Source of the DNA: Ignavibacteriota bacterium
GTDB taxonomy: Bacteria; Bacteroidota; Ignavibacteria; Palsa-1295
DNA length: 64,000 nucleotides
Assembly (NCBI GenBank): GCA_963787835.1
Contig: CAWBEI010000002.1
Span: 1,728,001-1,792,000, forward strand
Direction: 5' to 3'
Each line of letters starts with the position of its first letter. Position 1 is the first letter of the stretch. The notes beneath the pieces are model-generated. The model made no database searches, was not told where the DNA came from, and worked only from the letters and a program-made list of their open reading frames with translations. Shown one piece after another: positions 60,652 to 64,000 of this stretch. The position numbers and the translations under genes were made by a program.

Positions 60652-61536
60652 TTAAGAATTCAAAATTGCACGTATCACTGCCAACGCTTCCCGCGTCTCT
60701 CTAACATCGTGAGTGCGGATGATCTTTGCGCCATGTTCAACTCCATAGCAGGCAGCGGCAATACTTCCACTCAGTCGCTCTTTGGGTGATGGATTGTTGC
60801 CCATTGCTTTTCCGATGGTAGATTTGCGTGATACACCAAGAACCAATGGGACGGCAAGGGACATAAATTCACTGTGGTATTTCAACAAGTGTAAGTTATC
60901 GCTATAACCTTTTGCGAAGCCAATTCCCACGTCTGCAAGAACGGTTGTTATCCCTGCTTCGCGTGCAGCCTGTATTCGACCAGCCAGATATTCGCGGACT
61001 TCAGATATCACATCTGCATACGAATAATCTTCGATCCTCGGCCTGGTGAAGTTCGGGCCATGCCCATGCATTAGAATGATTGGTGCTTGAAAATTCGCTG
61101 CAACCTGTAATATTTCGGGAACAGCAGTTCCGGCACTCACGTCATTAATGATATCCCCTCCGGCAGAAAGAGCAAGAGCTGCTACTTCGGATTTTTGGGT
61201 ATCGATAGAGATTAGGACTTGGTTCTCAACCTTGCGTATTCCTTCGATCACAGGGACCACCCGAGCGATCTCTTCTTCCGCAGATACCATAACAGCACCC
61301 GCACCGTACGACTTTCCCGCTGGGCGAGTGGACTCTCCACCAATATCAATGATCTCAGCACCATCACTCACCATTTTAAGCGCATGAGCGACCGCAGTAT
61401 CAATAGAAGAATGGTCGCCGCCATCGCTGAACGAGTCCGGCGTGACATTCAGTATCCCCATGATCATGGGCAGGGGTCTGGTTAGAAGACCACTGAGACT
61501 CGGCCGGTCAGGAAATTGGGAGCGTATCAATCCCAT
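60652..61536 (-). CDS. folP: Dihydropteroate synthase
   Basis: MGILNVTPDSFSDGG, IDIGGESTRP, GVSRKS, RTHDV. Confidence 0.97.
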   Translation of the reverse strand: MGLIRSQFPDRPSLSGLLTRPLPMIMGILNVTPDSFSDGGDHSSIDTAVAHALKMVSDGAEIIDIGGESTRPAGKSYGAGAVMVSAEEEIARVVPVIEGIRKVENQVLISIDTQKSEVAALALSAGGDIINDVSAGTAVPEILQVAANFQAPIILMHGHGPNFTRPRIEDYSYADVISEVREYLAGRIQAAREAGITTVLADVGIGFAKGYSDNLHLLKYHSEFMSLAVPLVLGVSRKSTIGKAMGNNPSPKERLSGSIAAACYGVEHGAKIIRTHDVRETREALAVIRAILNS

Positions 61537-61562
61537 TTGTACAGAATGGGAGTAAGTCCGGG

Positions 61563-61724
61563 TTATGCGGCAACAATCTCTTCGGATTCGCCAACTTTCT
61601 TCTTTCGGGCGGGCGCGGTACGCCGGGCTGTTTTCGAGGATGCAATGGCCTCACGAGTTTTACGCTTTACACGCTCAACCGAGGTCTTATGTTTTTTATT
61701 GGCCCGCTTCTGTTTTTTATTCAT
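61563..61724 (-). CDS. Small very basic protein (53 aa), below the ORF-track cutoff
   Basis: MNKKQKRANKKHKTSVERVKRKTREAIASSKTARRTAPARKKKVGESEEIVAA, stop 26 bp before folP. Confidence 0.55.
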   Translation of the reverse strand: MNKKQKRANKKHKTSVERVKRKTREAIASSKTARRTAPARKKKVGESEEIVAA

Positions 61725-62030
61725 GTATTGTGGGTGTTTTTGTTAGATTTCCGTTATTGGGAGTGCGTCAACAACACAATGGGTAAAAATATCCTATTTT
61801 TGGTAGTTTTTCCTCTCATGGTTGTGATTCCGGTTGACCGTTCTCTCGGAAAACTGTCTCTGAATTTACCAGGCAATAAGAATTTCACAAAAAAAGGTTA
61901 ATTATTTTTACAAGAGCGGGAAGCATTCCTTCCTCTGGGGGTGTTCATTTAATACGGGGAGGCGATTCCAGCACCGATGCCCGGGTTCTGGCATTCAACG
62001 GTCGCCCTAAAAGGAGTTCATTGGACTATT

Positions 62031-63614
62031 ATGAACGTATTCGATGATTTTGATGCCTTCGGCTTCGAAGGTGACGAAGAGTTCGGCGGCGATTCGAAAG
62101 AAAAGCGCGAACGGCGTAAAAAGTATTTTGAAGAAGAACTCAAACGGCACCGCGAGGATAAGCGGCGCAGGCTCTCTTCCAGCGAAAACTCCTCTGATGA
62201 CAGATCTGAGGATCTTCAAACCCCAGAGCGACAATTCCTCCATCCCGACATCCTTGAAGAATTGGTCGATTATTGCATCGAGAACGAGAAATTCGAAGAG
62301 GCGCTCGATTTTGCCCTCTTGCTAACGGAGCGTGCACCATTCAATGGCGATGGCTGGCACAGGCGCGGTATGCTCGAAGCGCATCATGGAGAATTCGAAA
62401 AGGCAATTCTTTCCTATGAGCGAGCCCTTGCCTTAAACCCGACGGACAATGAACTGCTGATAAACTACGGAGTGTCCCTCGATGGCGCAGGACGAACCGC
62501 CGAGGCGCTGGAGATCTTCAATCGTACTCTGGCAAGCAACCCCTCGAATGACGAGGCGCTATTCAATAAAGGAATTTGCTTTGAAAAGGCGGAGCGATAT
62601 GCCGATGCCATTGCGATCTTCCAGTATCTGAAAGATGTGAAGGAATTTGCGAAGGACTCCTATTACGAACTTGGTTTTTGCTACGATTCTATTAACGATC
62701 TGGAAAAGGCGCTTGGAGCCTACGAGAAGAATCTCGATCTCGATCCCTATAATTTTAGCGCGTGGTACAACCGTGGGATCATCCAGACCCAGATGGGGAT
62801 GTATAACAAGGCGATCGAAAGTTACGAACTGGCACTCGCGATCAAGGAAGAATTCCCAGCCGCATGGTATAACCGGGGGAACGCGTATGCCAATCTTGGC
62901 AAACTATCGGATGCAATAGAATCCTTCAAAGAATGCCTGAAATATCATCCGGAAGATGTAAGTGCCTGGCACAATCTTGCGAATGCCTACGAAGAGCTGA
63001 AGCGCTGGCGCGAAGCGGTGAGATGTTTTTCTCAGGCGCTGAAATTCAATCCGAGGCACGCCGAAAGCTTGTTCGGTCGCGGTTCTTGTTACGATGCGCT
63101 CGACGAACATGCCAAAGCGCTCGAGGATTATGATGCCGCGCTTGCCGTGGATAGCAAGTACTCCGAGCTATGGTATGCCAAAGCGGACGCGCTCTTTAAT
63201 TTGGGACGGCATGAAGAAGCGGTCATCGCCTACCGGATGGTATTGCAACTTACGCCGAATGATTTTGAGGCGTGGTTCGATTATGCAGAGACTCTTTTTG
63301 AATTGAAACGATTATCCGAATCGATCCAGGCGTATGAGGCATCCAGTTCTTATGCTCCCGCATGGTCGGAACCGCATTTAGGCCGCGCAAAAGTATTGTA
63401 CTTGCTGGAGCAGGATTTCGATGCAGCAGTAGAATTGCTCATTGCGATCCGCCTCGATCCGGTACGGCTGCGGCAGTATGAAATCGAGTTCCCGCTCCTG
63501 CGTAGCAACGCCGATTTCGAAGCATTCGATACACAGATCCGAGCAAACTTATTGGCGCTTACCAATGAGGGCGAGGCAACGTCGGCGGAAGGCCCGTTAT
63601 CGGAGGCGCACTAA
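62031..63614 (+). CDS. Tetratricopeptide repeat protein
   Basis: About 11-12 TPR units (AWYNRG..Y..AL...P); AAGGAG RBS. Confidence 0.92.
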   Translation: MNVFDDFDAFGFEGDEEFGGDSKEKRERRKKYFEEELKRHREDKRRRLSSSENSSDDRSEDLQTPERQFLHPDILEELVDYCIENEKFEEALDFALLLTERAPFNGDGWHRRGMLEAHHGEFEKAILSYERALALNPTDNELLINYGVSLDGAGRTAEALEIFNRTLASNPSNDEALFNKGICFEKAERYADAIAIFQYLKDVKEFAKDSYYELGFCYDSINDLEKALGAYEKNLDLDPYNFSAWYNRGIIQTQMGMYNKAIESYELALAIKEEFPAAWYNRGNAYANLGKLSDAIESFKECLKYHPEDVSAWHNLANAYEELKRWREAVRCFSQALKFNPRHAESLFGRGSCYDALDEHAKALEDYDAALAVDSKYSELWYAKADALFNLGRHEEAVIAYRMVLQLTPNDFEAWFDYAETLFELKRLSESIQAYEASSSYAPAWSEPHLGRAKVLYLLEQDFDAAVELLIAIRLDPVRLRQYEIEFPLLRSNADFEAFDTQIRANLLALTNEGEATSAEGPLSEAH

Positions 63615-63642
63615 CGCTGCCGTCGGTTAGTGTTCGTTATTT

Positions 63643-64000
63643 CTATCGTATCACAAACTCGACACGTCGGTTTTCTGCACGGCCTTCGTCCGTACTGTTT
63701 GTTGCGATCGGTGAGGCTGGGCCATGCCCTTGTGCTACGATACGATCTCCCGAGATCCCATGCTGTATTAAATATTCACGCACGGCTTTGGCGCGCCGAA
63801 GCGAGAGATCGATGTTATGTGGCAGGCTGCCGAGGCTATCCGAATATCCGGCGATCTCGACCTTTATCGTGGGAACGTTCTGCATCATTGTTACCGCCCG
63901 ATTCAATTCAGGAGTGGAGGCCGGCTGAAGATCGGCTTTATCGAAATCGAAGAAGATCAGCATCCGTGTTTTGCCTCCGGTGATCGCTCCGAGTGCAATA
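63643..64000 (-). CDS. OmpA-C domain protein (partial, continues beyond the window)
   Basis: FFDFDKA.L, GYSD.....N..LS..RA, NRRVEF. Confidence 0.9.
   Translation of the reverse strand, partial: IALGAITGGKTRMLIFFDFDKADLQPASTPELNRAVTMMQNVPTIKVEIAGYSDSLGSLPHNIDLSLRRAKAVREYLIQHGISGDRIVAQGHGPASPIATNSTDEGRAENRRVEFVIR

Overview
Chromosomal segment of an FCB-group bacterium. The LpxC-FabZ fusion, T9SS-type C-terminal sorting domains and TAnnTTTG promoters suggest Bacteroidota sensu lato, possibly Kapabacteria/Ignavibacteria-like (inference). The housekeeping and envelope backbone includes trmD, lpxC-fabZ, lpxA, tamB, rfaE1/rfaE2, a CpsB/Wzc pair, CIRCE-controlled groES-groEL, rluE, folP, and OmpA, TPR and T9SS-cargo genes. 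Small accessory inserts interrupt it: a nuclease-STAND NTPase gene, an orphan TIR gene and six toxin-antitoxin-like pairs, two with inactivated toxins. No transposase or integrase is visible, yet several inserts are bounded by GTAG-type REP-like palindromes or long imperfect direct repeats. Best leads: (1) a two-copy ~250-300 bp non-coding element with its own promoter-like motif, a boxA-like motif and a covarying structured core; (2) REP-bounded or direct-repeat-bounded defence cassettes; (3) an ECF-sigma-headed operon ending in Rieske lipoprotein, Cyc2-like cytochrome-porin and cytochrome c lipoprotein. Three +1 frameshifts (groEL, an OmpA gene, a large T9SS gene) share one GA>GAA signature and are probably sequencing errors. 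No rRNA, tRNA or CRISPR array was recognised. All family calls come from motif recognition by eye, not database searches.
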